Shown one piece after another: positions 32,360-42,321 of a DNA stretch of 49,836 bases (positions within the stretch are counted from its first letter, which is position 1; every line of letters starts with the position of its first letter). The stretch covers positions 1 through 49,836 of the forward strand of contig DATDYZ010000063.1 in NCBI GenBank assembly GCA_035288905.1, in the 5' to 3' direction. This DNA comes from Candidatus Anderseniibacteriota bacterium (GTDB lineage Bacteria > Patescibacteriota > Andersenbacteria > UBA10190). The position numbers and the translations under genes are program-made. The notes below the pieces were generated by a model, which did not search any database, was not told the origin of the DNA, and saw only the letters and a list, made by a program, of their open reading frames with translations.

Positions 32360-33460
32360 ATGAGATTAAGGATAGGTGGAATCGCCACGATCATTATTAT
32401 TATTATTATCAGTATTATAGGTCTCTTCGTTTATAGCGCTACGCGCCCTGGGGCGGTGGCGCAGCGTGCACTTGGCAACTCATCGTGCGAACCAACTTCT
32501 GTGAATGTCGACTTTGGACCCCAGTATACCGGCACTTTAATCGATACGCACATACACTTGCCCGATGATCAGATGGAATGGCTTGTTCCATTCAGGCAGC
32601 CACGTACTATCAGTGATTATGTGTGTACGTTCACACAAGAAGGAACATCGCGCGTGTTCGCATTCTTTCCTATTTATCCAGGGCTCAAGAATCAGCAGTT
32701 TGCAATTGTGCAAGCCGTTACAGAAAAATACCCAAACCTTTTTGTGCCTTTTATTATGCCGCCCGACAATGATGACAGCCCAGATGGTTTTCCTACTGTT
32801 TCTGCCGATGTATTAGCTAGCCTGCTCGATAAAGCGCCCAGGCTATTTGCTGGATATGGGGAAATTGGATTGTACGAACGGGGCGATCACGGCGGGTCAA
32901 AGGGCGCACCAGCCTTGTTACCAGACTCACCGCGCATGCAGGCAATTTACCCTGTGGTGCGAGAGCATAATCTTTTGGTGTACGTGCATCTTGGCGAGGG
33001 TCAACAAGCGTCGTTTGAACGAGCAGTAGCCGCTCACCCGGATATATCTTTCATTTTCCATGGTGATCAGCTTGTTCAGTATGAAAATGGCGTACAAAAT
33101 CTCACGGCGCTCGACGAAATTCTATCTCGACATCCCAATGTGTACTACGGCGTAGACGAGTTGTATGGAGACAAGTGGTTATTGCAACCAGAGGTGAGTA
33201 AAGAAGAGTTTCTAGCTCATTTCGAAAACTACGAAGAATTGTTGGACAAGGATGTAGCCACGTGGAAAGCGTTTATTGAACGTAATTCCAATCAAGTACT
33301 ATGGGGTACAGATAGAGGTTGGTTTGGTGGCTGGGCGCTAGATCCAGAAGTGGGTGTGTACCTTACGCGCTATGCTCGTGCTTTCATTACGCGTCTTCCT
33401 CCCGCCGTGCAGGAAAAATTTGCCTATAAAAATGCGGAAAGGTTGTTATCTAAACGATGA
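32360..33460 (+). CDS. Amidohydrolase-superfamily (TIM-barrel metal-dependent hydrolase) protein with an N-terminal anchor
   Basis: LIDTHIHLP metal motif, later HLGEG, FHGD, WGTD. TATACT lies 6 nt upstream of the ATG. Confidence 0.8.
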   Translation: MRLRIGGIATIIIIIIISIIGLFVYSATRPGAVAQRALGNSSCEPTSVNVDFGPQYTGTLIDTHIHLPDDQMEWLVPFRQPRTISDYVCTFTQEGTSRVFAFFPIYPGLKNQQFAIVQAVTEKYPNLFVPFIMPPDNDDSPDGFPTVSADVLASLLDKAPRLFAGYGEIGLYERGDHGGSKGAPALLPDSPRMQAIYPVVREHNLLVYVHLGEGQQASFERAVAAHPDISFIFHGDQLVQYENGVQNLTALDEILSRHPNVYYGVDELYGDKWLLQPEVSKEEFLAHFENYEELLDKDVATWKAFIERNSNQVLWGTDRGWFGGWALDPEVGVYLTRYARAFITRLPPAVQEKFAYKNAERLLSKR

Positions 33461-33471
33461 AGGTTTCCCCT

Positions 33472-34416
33472 TCATGTTTTTGATGTGTTCAGTGGCCAGC
33501 CTTCGCTAATAATATGTGTCATAAATCCGCCAGCTATGAGGGTGACGTAAATAACAAACATGGCAGGGTACGACAGTGAAATATTCGGCACAAAATCAAG
33601 AAATGTAATGGTGGTCCAAGAAACTAACGAAGTTGCTCCAGCGAGTCCGAGTACTGCATGCAAAGGTTTGGGAATTTTTCGCTTGGTAGATAAATACACA
33701 ACCACACGGCGTGTGAGTGGACCGGAGAATATAATACCATTTATTAATAGAATACCGACAACCGTTTGCATAAAGAAAAATCGTGTATCCAACCGCAACG
33801 CTTCTTCAAAAATGAGATAGGTGCCCATAATATCGATTGCCAAGCCTGACAAGATAAACACGGTAAACCGATTGAATGATAAGTGTAGTTTTGCTAATAA
33901 ATGGCGATTGTGTCGGCTTACAAAAAAGAGGTAATCGATCACAATAACCGTTCCCAGCGTGAGAATGGAATGCCAACCGTGCCATACGTAAGAAACTTGG
34001 CGCATGTCGATATGGTCGGATATTGCATACGTGCTGATCAATAAACTCGTGATGACAAAGTAGAGAAAGTGGTACAGGCGCGGTGCGCGAGTTAACCCCT
34101 GTCTACTTGTAGCAAGAAGTGTGAGCAATACAATGACTAAAGGAAGTTGCAATACATAGGAACGAGCAATATCCGCCGTTGTCGGGTCAAGTGAAATACC
34201 CACATGAGCCTCTGCCGAAGAAAAGCCAACATACCCGATCAGCCATGCAACAAGGTAGACGACTGCTGCCGTTGCCATGGCGGGTTCTAGTAATCGCGAT
34301 AATTTGCCGTGTTGGCGATTGAATAACAGCCAGCCATGTAACCCTGCAGCTCCAGCTGCCGCTCCGGAAACTTGGCGAACAAACGATACTAACTCAAAAA
34401 AACTAATGTCGAACAT
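33472..34416 (-). CDS. Multi-pass membrane protein (about 8 TM helices)
   Basis: ORF 33472..34476. The Met at 34416 is preferred because a small upstream ORF overlaps the first 20 codons. Confidence 0.75.
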   Translation of the reverse strand: MFDISFFELVSFVRQVSGAAAGAAGLHGWLLFNRQHGKLSRLLEPAMATAAVVYLVAWLIGYVGFSSAEAHVGISLDPTTADIARSYVLQLPLVIVLLTLLATSRQGLTRAPRLYHFLYFVITSLLISTYAISDHIDMRQVSYVWHGWHSILTLGTVIVIDYLFFVSRHNRHLLAKLHLSFNRFTVFILSGLAIDIMGTYLIFEEALRLDTRFFFMQTVVGILLINGIIFSGPLTRRVVVYLSTKRKIPKPLHAVLGLAGATSLVSWTTITFLDFVPNISLSYPAMFVIYVTLIAGGFMTHIISEGWPLNTSKT

Positions 34417-34582
34417 AGTGAGAAAAGAATTTCCATACAATGCACGCAACTCCAATAAAGTAGAGCCCTTGCGCAATAAACCATAAGCGTGAATTATCAG
34501 CCAGCAAGAACGGGAGTGATAGTAACCAGCATATGGCAGAGAGTAAAATAATCGTTTCTCCTAGAGTGAATAACTTTTTCAT
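34403..34582 (-). CDS. Small two-TM membrane protein (59 aa; below the ORF-track cutoff)
   Basis: Hand-translated as MKKLFTLGETIILLSAICWLLSLPFLLADNSRLWFIAQGLYFIGVACIVWKFFSHYVRH*. Starts 5 nt after the upstream stop and overlaps the next start by 14 nt. Confidence 0.5.
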   Translation of the reverse strand: MKKLFTLGETIILLSAICWLLSLPFLLADNSRLWFIAQGLYFIGVACIVWKFFSHYVRH

Positions 34583-34587
34583 CAGTT

Positions 34588-35766
34588 CTAAAAAGCTGAT
34601 GTCACCGTGCCTGTTTTCTGATCAACTTCATACCAATTGAACGTAGCAGTATGGTCGGGTAAGATTTCAAATACATGGACACTCCACGGTTCTGTGTTTG
34701 TGGTTGGAGCTTCTGCTTGTACTACGCGTGCCGACCCATTTGCCAGATACTCTTGAACTTCTGGGCGAGCCAGTACCGCATCAGTAACGCGTGCGCTATC
34801 GGACAATGGTGTAAGAGGCGCATACCAATCAGTGGGAGAGACTTGATTAGTCGTTTTACCTGCTTGAACAATCACTTGTAGCGGTGTGTGGTCCAAACAG
34901 GGTTCTTGAGCTTGTGACTCACAAAGGGAAAGTGCGGAGTAATAAGCGCGAGTCTCGCGTAGCAATGGAGTCTGAGCGAATACATAGTATTCGCCTGGGA
35001 GAATATCTAGGTTATAACCATTGCCGTACGTAAATTGAGATCCATATGTAAAGTCTCCGCCGGGTCGCCCTTGATAAGGCCGCGTGCAACGCGTGGCCAG
35101 TGTCTCTGCGTGCTCCGCGCATACTACCAAACCTTCAGGTAATGCTTCGCTCGGATAACTGACGGATCCGACCAGTGTACCTACTGTAAGACTAGTTGTT
35201 GGCACGGTGTTGGGCAACACAACAGCACTCACCCACATGCCTCCCATTACGAAGAGTAGAAGTACTATCCAGATAGTTACCGTACGACGATGACCCGTAG
35301 GCAAAGGCAAACCATCAAGACGTGTTAAGGCGATAACGTTTAATACTAACAGAAGCAGGACCAAAATAATGGGAGCTAATGGTGGGTTAACAACGTTGGT
35401 ACCTTGCAGACTCGCCAGCCAAACAAAAGCCGCCACACTTATAATAATGTGCACAATACTACCTACCCAAACCCGTAATGGCTTCTTGGTCATGGTGAGC
35501 AAAAGAGCTAGAAAAAGCCCCAGTCCGATTATGGAGGTTGCCAGGTCACCGTCGGCGATAAGACCAAATCCAGTTGATCCGTCCAAGGTAAATGGAAAGA
35601 GAAAGAGGGCAACAACCACAAGTTCCCCAGTGAAAAATATTCGTCGCAAACGGTTTTGTAAGATTGTTGTTTTTGCTTTGGCAGTAACTGCCAACACAAT
35701 GGGGACAATAATAAGATAGGCTGTCCACCATAGCACGGTGCCCCGGATACTGTCGCTCCACATCAT
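34588..35766 (-). CDS. Membrane protein: N-terminal ~6 TM helices plus a C-terminal extracytoplasmic domain
   Basis: Long clean ORF. TATAC palindrome promoter region shared with the divergent gene. Confidence 0.8.
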   Translation of the reverse strand: MMWSDSIRGTVLWWTAYLIIVPIVLAVTAKAKTTILQNRLRRIFFTGELVVVALFLFPFTLDGSTGFGLIADGDLATSIIGLGLFLALLLTMTKKPLRVWVGSIVHIIISVAAFVWLASLQGTNVVNPPLAPIILVLLLLVLNVIALTRLDGLPLPTGHRRTVTIWIVLLLFVMGGMWVSAVVLPNTVPTTSLTVGTLVGSVSYPSEALPEGLVVCAEHAETLATRCTRPYQGRPGGDFTYGSQFTYGNGYNLDILPGEYYVFAQTPLLRETRAYYSALSLCESQAQEPCLDHTPLQVIVQAGKTTNQVSPTDWYAPLTPLSDSARVTDAVLARPEVQEYLANGSARVVQAEAPTTNTEPWSVHVFEILPDHTATFNWYEVDQKTGTVTSAF

Positions 35767-35787
35767 ATATAGCAGTATACTACAATA

Positions 35788-36387
35788 ATGAATAATACTG
35801 GAACGTTTTTACAATGGTCATCTGTCACGTTAATTGCTATAAATTGTATTCCGCTCTACGGTGTGCTGGTGCTCGGCTGGGATATTTATTCATTACTTTT
35901 GCTCTATTGGTTTGAGAGTGCGGTGGTGGGTTTGTACACAATTCTAAAGCTCCGATGGGTACCATCTGGTCGTCTTTGGCTTACCACTCCTTTCTTTATA
36001 GTGCATTTCGGGATGTTTATGATTGTGCATCTGATTCTTATAAATGCTTTTGTGTCGCCCACAGCCAGCACTTTACCCTTACGCTCGCTCCTGCTAACGC
36101 TGGCAAGCCTCGTGGTGAGTCATGGGGTTTCGTTTGTTATTAATTTTCTCGGACAAAAAGAATATATGTTCAAAACCGCCCCTGAACAGATGTTCGAACC
36201 ATATCCGCGATTGGTAGTGATGCATATGGCAATTGTATTTGGCGCTTGGCTGGGAATATTGATCGGGTCACCAACAGGTGTGCTCGTGGTGCTGATAGTA
36301 ACTAAGATTGGTCTTGATATCCGAGCTCATCTACGGGAGCATGATCGATTTCATTTAAATAACAATAGTGCTAGACTTACCCTATGA
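35788..36387 (+). CDS. DUF6498-like integral membrane protein
   Basis: LIAINCIPLYGVLVLGWDIYSLLLLYWFESAVVG pattern. TATACT lies 6 nt upstream of the ATG. Confidence 0.75.
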   Translation: MNNTGTFLQWSSVTLIAINCIPLYGVLVLGWDIYSLLLLYWFESAVVGLYTILKLRWVPSGRLWLTTPFFIVHFGMFMIVHLILINAFVSPTASTLPLRSLLLTLASLVVSHGVSFVINFLGQKEYMFKTAPEQMFEPYPRLVVMHMAIVFGAWLGILIGSPTGVLVVLIVTKIGLDIRAHLREHDRFHLNNNSARLTL

Positions 36388-37010
36388 ATGCGGGACGAAT
36401 CTTTGGGGCACTATTTTTGGCTTCGGGTGCAGCTTTACTTGTTCATGTAGTCGGAAAAATATCTTTGGGTGCAGCACTTGGTGCCGGAGTGGCGATGGTG
36501 TCCGCAGTTGGTTGTTGGGTATGGTATCGAGCTGACGCTAAAGAACGTATCCGCTTGCGGCAACTGCTCAAAGTAGGATTGGTAACCGGGGTATGTGCGA
36601 CGATAGTGTATGACGTGTCTCGTTTTGCGTTGATCATAATTACTGGAACAGCATTTTGGCCATTTGATATTTTTGAAATTTTTGGTCGGGGTATTGTCGG
36701 ACCTGATCATTATGGTTGGTGGGTTAGTCTGATCGGTTTTGGTTATCATGTGTTAAACGGGATAGCTTTTGGCACCGCCTACACTATTTGGTTTGGACGA
36801 CGAGGACCTTTGGCTGGCGTAGGATTTGCACTTATGTTAGAATTATTCATGGTGAGCATTTATCCTACATGGTTGAATATTGCGATGATAGGAGAATTTC
36901 TAAGCGTTTCAATTTTTGGTCACATCGCCTATGGGTTAACCTTGGGATATATGGGACAACGGTTAAGTAACAGTTGGCTGACCACAGCAGCCTTAGAAAA
37001 AAACATATGA
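36384..37010 (+). CDS. Integral membrane protein
   Basis: ATGA start/stop overlap with the upstream gene. About 6 TM helices. Confidence 0.8.
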   Translation: MNAGRIFGALFLASGAALLVHVVGKISLGAALGAGVAMVSAVGCWVWYRADAKERIRLRQLLKVGLVTGVCATIVYDVSRFALIIITGTAFWPFDIFEIFGRGIVGPDHYGWWVSLIGFGYHVLNGIAFGTAYTIWFGRRGPLAGVGFALMLELFMVSIYPTWLNIAMIGEFLSVSIFGHIAYGLTLGYMGQRLSNSWLTTAALEKNI

Positions 37011-38167
37011 AAACTATTGAGCGCTTAACCGATTTTTTCTGGCTCACGTTGCCTTGGCGTATACGCCGATTGTCGTCGAGCGCTGTCTTTGCTTTGGTGG
37101 ATGGGGCCTATACAATGAGTTGGCCGAAATTGGCGGCACTCGGATCAGTTGCATCTGTACTTGGCGGCTTTTGCGTTGGTTGGTTGCATCCCGGTTTTGA
37201 GATAGTTTTTTCTGAATCCTTGATTTTGATGATTATAGTTGCGGTGCTAGGGACGCTTGGGGCACACTTTGGTTTGTTGTTTGTGTTTGGTTATGCCACA
37301 GGCGATCTGCTTCTTGGTGGCATTGATCGTTATTCTCTTTATGGCGTGAGTTCAGCGAGTTGGGTGGTGCGCATATTTGTCCCTCAACTCATTGAATATA
37401 CATTACTTGCATTCCTGATGGTGAGTATTCCGTTGCTCGTTAAGTATCTTCTGGTCTCATGGCCGTGGGGTGCGCGGCTGTCTCGCGGATCAATGTTGGC
37501 GCTGGCTATGGTTGGGCATGTTCTATTAACTGTTGGATTGGTGTATCTTTGGGCGCAGGTTGTGCCTGTTATGGCTCGACCGCTCTTTACTTGGCGTGGC
37601 GTATTACCGACAACAGATATGGCGATTGTATTACAAAAAAATGTCCAGCCGTTGTTATGGGCGGTTGCCATTGCTTCACTGGTGCGCATGGTTGCTCAAT
37701 CCGTTATTGCTACCCGAACCAGTAATGAAGCACGGGTAAATAGTTGGCAAAAAAAATTACTGTCTGTATTGCCGATAACATCGTTCGTCCAAGAAAAATT
37801 ACCCGCTTGGGCTGTATCCGTACTAAAAATCATAGGTACTCTTTTTCTGTTGTCTGGGGTGTTTCAATCGTGGACAGAAGTTGTCGGTATCGGTGTGATC
37901 ATTGCACTAATATATGCCGCGCAAGACGGCTTGATTCCCGTACCGTTGGGCAAATGGCGCGAAATCGTCTATAAGGTGCCACTACTGGCGCGATTACTAG
38001 GCGGGGGAATTGTTATATATGTCGTCACTAGTTTGGTATTGGCTGTTCAGTCGTCGCCCAACCAAGGATTTCGGCCAACCGTGATCTCTATTGGTGTATC
38101 TTTTTTGATTATGTATCTGCTGTCTCCCGGTGTACCGTTTCGTAAACGAAAAGGTGGTACGGTATGA
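37007..38167 (+). CDS. Integral membrane protein (about 10 TM helices)
   Basis: ATGA overlap at 37007-37010. The ORF-track start at 36974 is a TTG. Confidence 0.8.
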   Translation: MKTIERLTDFFWLTLPWRIRRLSSSAVFALVDGAYTMSWPKLAALGSVASVLGGFCVGWLHPGFEIVFSESLILMIIVAVLGTLGAHFGLLFVFGYATGDLLLGGIDRYSLYGVSSASWVVRIFVPQLIEYTLLAFLMVSIPLLVKYLLVSWPWGARLSRGSMLALAMVGHVLLTVGLVYLWAQVVPVMARPLFTWRGVLPTTDMAIVLQKNVQPLLWAVAIASLVRMVAQSVIATRTSNEARVNSWQKKLLSVLPITSFVQEKLPAWAVSVLKIIGTLFLLSGVFQSWTEVVGIGVIIALIYAAQDGLIPVPLGKWREIVYKVPLLARLLGGGIVIYVVTSLVLAVQSSPNQGFRPTVISIGVSFLIMYLLSPGVPFRKRKGGTV

Positions 38168-38889
38168 AGCACATATTTCAACGCTGGACGGTGTTGTTTA
38201 CACTACTTGGTGCGCTGGTAGTGCCGACGGTGGTGATGGCCGACAATTGTGGCAGTTATTCTGATTGTTATGACACTGGTCGCGCCGCCGCCGAAGCAGC
38301 AGCAGCTCTAGCCATTTTGGGAATCATTCTTTCTACTGCGCTTGATTTAAGCCCGGTCGGCCCTCTTAAGGCAGCCTACCAGGCTGCCACCGGAGAGGAC
38401 TTGATTACTCATGAAAAGGTAAATAGACGGGAGCAATTGCTTGGCATCATTCCGGTCGGTAAGATTATCGGTCTTGGTGCAAAAGGAGCCATGCACTTTG
38501 CGCGTGATACGGCGCGCGTGGCGCGCGCGACGGAAAAATTAGGGCGAGGCTTGGGTCGTGCGGGACAAGCCGCTGCTAAACTTTCACAGCAGAGCAATGC
38601 TTGGCGCTCCGCCGCGAAAATTGGACGAACCGCCGGCCAGGCATGGGATGTTAAAGGGAAAATTGACAACATGAAGGCGGTGGGCGAGGCAGGACAAAAA
38701 ATCCGCGACGTAATTAAAGATACCGGCGAGAAACTAGCTTCTTTAGGTGATGATGCGAGCCATGCACATTCGAATAGAGATCGCAATAGCGATTCTGATG
38801 TTAGTGATGATGTAGAATCGAATATCATATCGCCCCCGCCTAAAAAACGTCCACCCAGCGGTGGTGGCGCAGGTACAGCATCTCGCTAA
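38164..38889 (+). CDS. Secreted/anchored protein with a pre-toxin TG (PT-TG) domain and a helical, low-complexity C-terminus
   Basis: Signal peptide plus TM helix, then AAYQAATGEDLITHEKVNRREQLLGIIPVGKIIG (PT-TG pattern). ATGA overlap at 38164-38167. Confidence 0.75.
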   Translation: MKHIFQRWTVLFTLLGALVVPTVVMADNCGSYSDCYDTGRAAAEAAAALAILGIILSTALDLSPVGPLKAAYQAATGEDLITHEKVNRREQLLGIIPVGKIIGLGAKGAMHFARDTARVARATEKLGRGLGRAGQAAAKLSQQSNAWRSAAKIGRTAGQAWDVKGKIDNMKAVGEAGQKIRDVIKDTGEKLASLGDDASHAHSNRDRNSDSDVSDDVESNIISPPPKKRPPSGGGAGTASR

Positions 38890-38964
38890 TGCTATAATTT
38901 GTAATTCGCGTCAATACCTTCTCATATTGACGTGCGAAAGATAGGAGCGTAGACTTCGTAGATT

Positions 38965-38989
38965 CACTCGCGTTTTGCGGGTGTTTTTT
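38965..38989 (+). terminator. Rho-independent terminator between the PT-TG operon and the ATPase operon
   Basis: CACTCGC-GTTTT-GCGGGTG followed by TTTTTT. Confidence 0.6.
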
Positions 38990-39011
38990 GTATAAACATA
39001 TTTTTGTATCT

Positions 39012-39344
39012 ATGATTATGATGAAGAAAACTCTGCTGCATGAAGTGAAGGACATTGAGCATGAAGCGCTTGCTCTTGTTGCGCAAGCGAAAGAAGATGT
39101 TGCGCAGGAACTAGCGGAAATACACACAAATGTTGAAGACGCGAAAAAAACCACGGAGCTCAAGGCGGCGCAGACAGCAATAGCTATTATCGCAGAACGT
39201 AAACGAACCGCAGGAGAAGAGGCTCGTGAAATTACAGAGCAAAGCCGTTCTATTGCACTGCAAATTCATCAGGCAGCAGAAAAAAATAGATCAAGGGCAC
39301 TTGAGAAGGCAAATATCCTTTTTCGAAAAGAGTATGATTGCTGA
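39012..39344 (+). CDS. V/A-type ATPase subunit G/H-like (peripheral stalk) protein
   Basis: Short all-helical E/A/K-rich protein in the first operon position, as in Thermus atpG. Start uncertain (39012, 39018 or 39021). Confidence 0.65.
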   Translation: MIMMKKTLLHEVKDIEHEALALVAQAKEDVAQELAEIHTNVEDAKKTTELKAAQTAIAIIAERKRTAGEEAREITEQSRSIALQIHQAAEKNRSRALEKANILFRKEYDC

Positions 39345-41331
39345 AATGAAAAAGATTACAATCGCGATTCCTCGCTCCAAGCGAGAGCAGGTGTTGCAGT
39401 TTTTGCAAGAGGAAACAGTAATTCACTTAACTGACAGCAATGATCAAGCTATGCCTGAGGAAGTGGAGAAAAGTGACACCTCGTATCATTTGGCGCAATT
39501 ACAGTTTGTCTTGAACTTTATCGAACGTATAAAAAAAGAGTTGAATATACGAAATAAGCGTGGGTTGAAAAATATATTTGCAAGTAAGCCCATGGCAGAG
39601 CTACCAGAGCTGGAGGATGTGGCGCAAAACATACAAATTCCATCGCTTATTGATACAGTACAGCAGTTAAATGACGGCTTAACTGCACTTGATGCGCGTA
39701 TGGAAGAAGTGCGTGATGATATTCATGCGCTCGAGCCATGGACGTCTTTGAATCTGCAAGTACAACACCCCATAGTCAAAGAACAATGTATTCATCTACT
39801 CCTTGAAATTACGGTGCAGAATGAAGCGTTGATAGAAGAGCAGCTCCTTTCTGTGCCAACTGCTGTTTGGCAGGTAATTCACCGAGTTGAGACAAAACGA
39901 AATACCACGGTGTATGGAGAGCTTATCGCGCATGCGGATGACGCTACGGCGGTGGAGGCATTTCAAGAAGAGTTCGATGCGATTGTTGTTACTCTTCCCG
40001 TTGTTGCGGAAGAATCTATAGTGGGAAAACATGAGGCATTGGTACGTGAGCAGGAAAGGATTGTACGAGACCGGTCATTTATCATTGAAAAAGCGAGAAA
40101 AATTATTGCAGCAGAGCAAGATATTCAATTTGCGTATGATGCACTTCTTCATCGCGAAGAGAGAGAACGTGTTTCGGAAACAATGAGAAATTCTTCATAT
40201 AGTACGCTGATTGTTGGCTGGATCCCTGCGCTTTGGGTGGGCCTGTTTGAAAAGCGGTTGAGTAGCGCATTCCCTGATGTTGTGCTTGAAACGAGTGATC
40301 CTACCGAACAGGATAAGGTTCCTGTTTTATTTCAAAATAGTTCTCTTGTGAAGCCATTTGAGGCTGTGACTGATTTGTACGGAAAGCCCGCGTACCATGA
40401 AATCGACCCCTCTGGGCCGCTTGCAATTTTTTTCTTGATTTCGTTCGGACTTGCCCTAACGGATGCAGGGTATGGAATTGCAATGATGGTTGTAACCTTT
40501 GTTGCAGAGCGATTTTTGCGATTAAAAAAAGATATGCGAAAAATGATGCGCCTCCTTTTTTTTGGAGGCGCAATGACAGTGGTATTAGGAGCTGTAACGG
40601 GTGGATGGTTTAGTATTAATTTGGATGCGTTGCAGGATGGAATAGTAAAAAGTTTTCTGCTTGGCGTAAAGCTTCTTGACCCGTTAAAACAGCCGATATT
40701 GTTTCTTGGTATTATTTTTGCCTTCGGCATTGTTCAATTGTTATACGCATGGATAGTGCGGGGCATGCATCATTGGAAAAAGGGAGAAAAAGGTGTTGCT
40801 ATTATAGACGATTTTTCTTGGGCTATACTTATTGGAGTGATTATTCTGTATATAGGTTCATCTAGGGGATATTACTTGTTTGAATTAGCACCTATGTTTT
40901 TGTGGATCATGTATGCAGCGATTGCATTTATGGTTGCAACGCAGGGCAGAACAAGTAAAAATATTTTTTTGAAGATAGGTGGAGGAGTCTTAAGTCTTAA
41001 CGGACTTATAGCGTTTGTAAGTGATATGCTAAGCTATTCACGCCTTCTGGCACTGGGCCTAGCAACTGGTATTATTGGCCTGGTGGTCAATCTTATTGCA
41101 TCTATGGTGCATGAGAGTATTCCAGTTGTGGGAGTAGTGCTGGCAGGCGCAGTGCTATTGGTTGGGCACGTGTTCAACCTTGGTATTAATGCGCTTGGAG
41201 CGTTTATTCACTCTGGCCGTCTCCAGTTCGTGGAATTTTTCCCGAAATTTTTGGAGGGCGGCGGAGTGGCGTTTCGGCCATTGGGGAGAGTTGGCAAGTA
41301 TGTCGACAATCCGAAAGATTTTATTTATTAA
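39334..41331 (+). CDS. ntpI: V/A-type ATPase subunit I (a-subunit)
   Basis: MIAEMKKITIAI... N-terminus, soluble coiled domain plus C-terminal multi-TM region with the conserved SYSRL.ALGLA motif. Confidence 0.9.
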   Translation: MIAEMKKITIAIPRSKREQVLQFLQEETVIHLTDSNDQAMPEEVEKSDTSYHLAQLQFVLNFIERIKKELNIRNKRGLKNIFASKPMAELPELEDVAQNIQIPSLIDTVQQLNDGLTALDARMEEVRDDIHALEPWTSLNLQVQHPIVKEQCIHLLLEITVQNEALIEEQLLSVPTAVWQVIHRVETKRNTTVYGELIAHADDATAVEAFQEEFDAIVVTLPVVAEESIVGKHEALVREQERIVRDRSFIIEKARKIIAAEQDIQFAYDALLHREERERVSETMRNSSYSTLIVGWIPALWVGLFEKRLSSAFPDVVLETSDPTEQDKVPVLFQNSSLVKPFEAVTDLYGKPAYHEIDPSGPLAIFFLISFGLALTDAGYGIAMMVVTFVAERFLRLKKDMRKMMRLLFFGGAMTVVLGAVTGGWFSINLDALQDGIVKSFLLGVKLLDPLKQPILFLGIIFAFGIVQLLYAWIVRGMHHWKKGEKGVAIIDDFSWAILIGVIILYIGSSRGYYLFELAPMFLWIMYAAIAFMVATQGRTSKNIFLKIGGGVLSLNGLIAFVSDMLSYSRLLALGLATGIIGLVVNLIASMVHESIPVVGVVLAGAVLLVGHVFNLGINALGAFIHSGRLQFVEFFPKFLEGGGVAFRPLGRVGKYVDNPKDFIY

Positions 41332-41343
41332 TGTAATCACACT

Positions 41344-41826
41344 ATGATTGAATATGGTCTTACGATCGCAATCGTTGGCGCAGGAATAGGCGCAATTTTA
41401 GCTGGCATTGGGTCTATCTTAGGTGTTCGCACGGTAGGGCAGGCGAGCGCAGGTATTGTTTCAGAAGATCCTGATACGTTCGGTAAAGTTCTTATTTTAA
41501 CAGCGCTTCCAGGGTCGCAGGGTATTTATGGATTTCTTGCGGCTGTTATAATCGCGAATAAAATCGGAATACTTTCCGGAACGCCTATCGATTTATCTGT
41601 AGCTCAAGGATTTCAGATTATGTTTGCAGCGCTTCCTGTGGGAATACTGGGAATGTTTTCTGCAATGTTTCAAGGCAAACTTGCAGCTGCAGGTGTGAAC
41701 ATTGTTGCAAAAAAACCAGATGCATCTGGTAAGGGAGTTATTCTTGCAGCAATTGTGGAAACGTACGCAGTACTTGGTTTGTTGATCACTATTTTGCTGG
41801 TGAACGGATTAGTCTTAGTAAAATAA
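41344..41826 (+). CDS. ntpK: V/A-type ATPase proteolipid subunit K (c)
   Basis: Four-helix Gly/Ala-rich proteolipid, 160 aa. Confidence 0.9.
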   Translation: MIEYGLTIAIVGAGIGAILAGIGSILGVRTVGQASAGIVSEDPDTFGKVLILTALPGSQGIYGFLAAVIIANKIGILSGTPIDLSVAQGFQIMFAALPVGILGMFSAMFQGKLAAAGVNIVAKKPDASGKGVILAAIVETYAVLGLLITILLVNGLVLVK

Positions 41827-41829
41827 ATC

Positions 41830-42318
41830 ATGTCGCTTTCTGCATTTAAAGAAAAAATCATACACGAGGCAAAAGCAGAAGCAGAAAAGGTTGCGCATGC
41901 GCATACTCTTATTGTTCAGCAGGAACGTTCACGTGTAAGCAAAGAGCTCCGTGCACTTGAAGAGACCGTTGTAGGTGCTGCAGAAAAAGAGGCGTACCGC
42001 CAGGGACGTAGTATTCATCAGCGAGCAGCTCTTGAGGGGCGGTCGCTGGTGCTTATTGCAAAGCAAGAAGAGTTAGAATCTACAAAAGAAGCGTTCCTCG
42101 CTTCGCTTATGGATTTGCCTGATGCGGAAAAAAAGAAATTGCATACTGCCCTTCTTCGACTTGTGCCAAAGGGTAAAGGAACGGTAATACCTGCAGATGA
42201 CGCGAATGGTTTTATTTTTCGTGGAGAAAACGTTGAAATGAATCTCACGTTTTCGTATCTGGTGAGCCAGGTTTTCTGGAAATATCGCGCAGAACTTGCG
42301 AGAGAACTATTCATGTAA
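41830..42318 (+). CDS. ntpE: V/A-type ATPase subunit E
   Basis: Helical N-terminus (EAKAEAEK...) plus globular C-terminus. Operon position. Confidence 0.8.
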   Translation: MSLSAFKEKIIHEAKAEAEKVAHAHTLIVQQERSRVSKELRALEETVVGAAEKEAYRQGRSIHQRAALEGRSLVLIAKQEELESTKEAFLASLMDLPDAEKKKLHTALLRLVPKGKGTVIPADDANGFIFRGENVEMNLTFSYLVSQVFWKYRAELARELFM

Positions 42319-42321
42319 TCT

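Noticed and set aside
32393-32409. (ATT)n microsatellite
   Set aside because: It lies in frame within the amidohydrolase signal-anchor and encodes poly-Ile. It is a coding low-complexity stretch, not an independent repeat element.
39226-39333. 5' extension of the ATPase I-subunit ORF
   Set aside because: It overlaps the upstream G-like gene in another frame. MIAEMKKITIAI at 39334 matches the usual I-subunit N-terminus.
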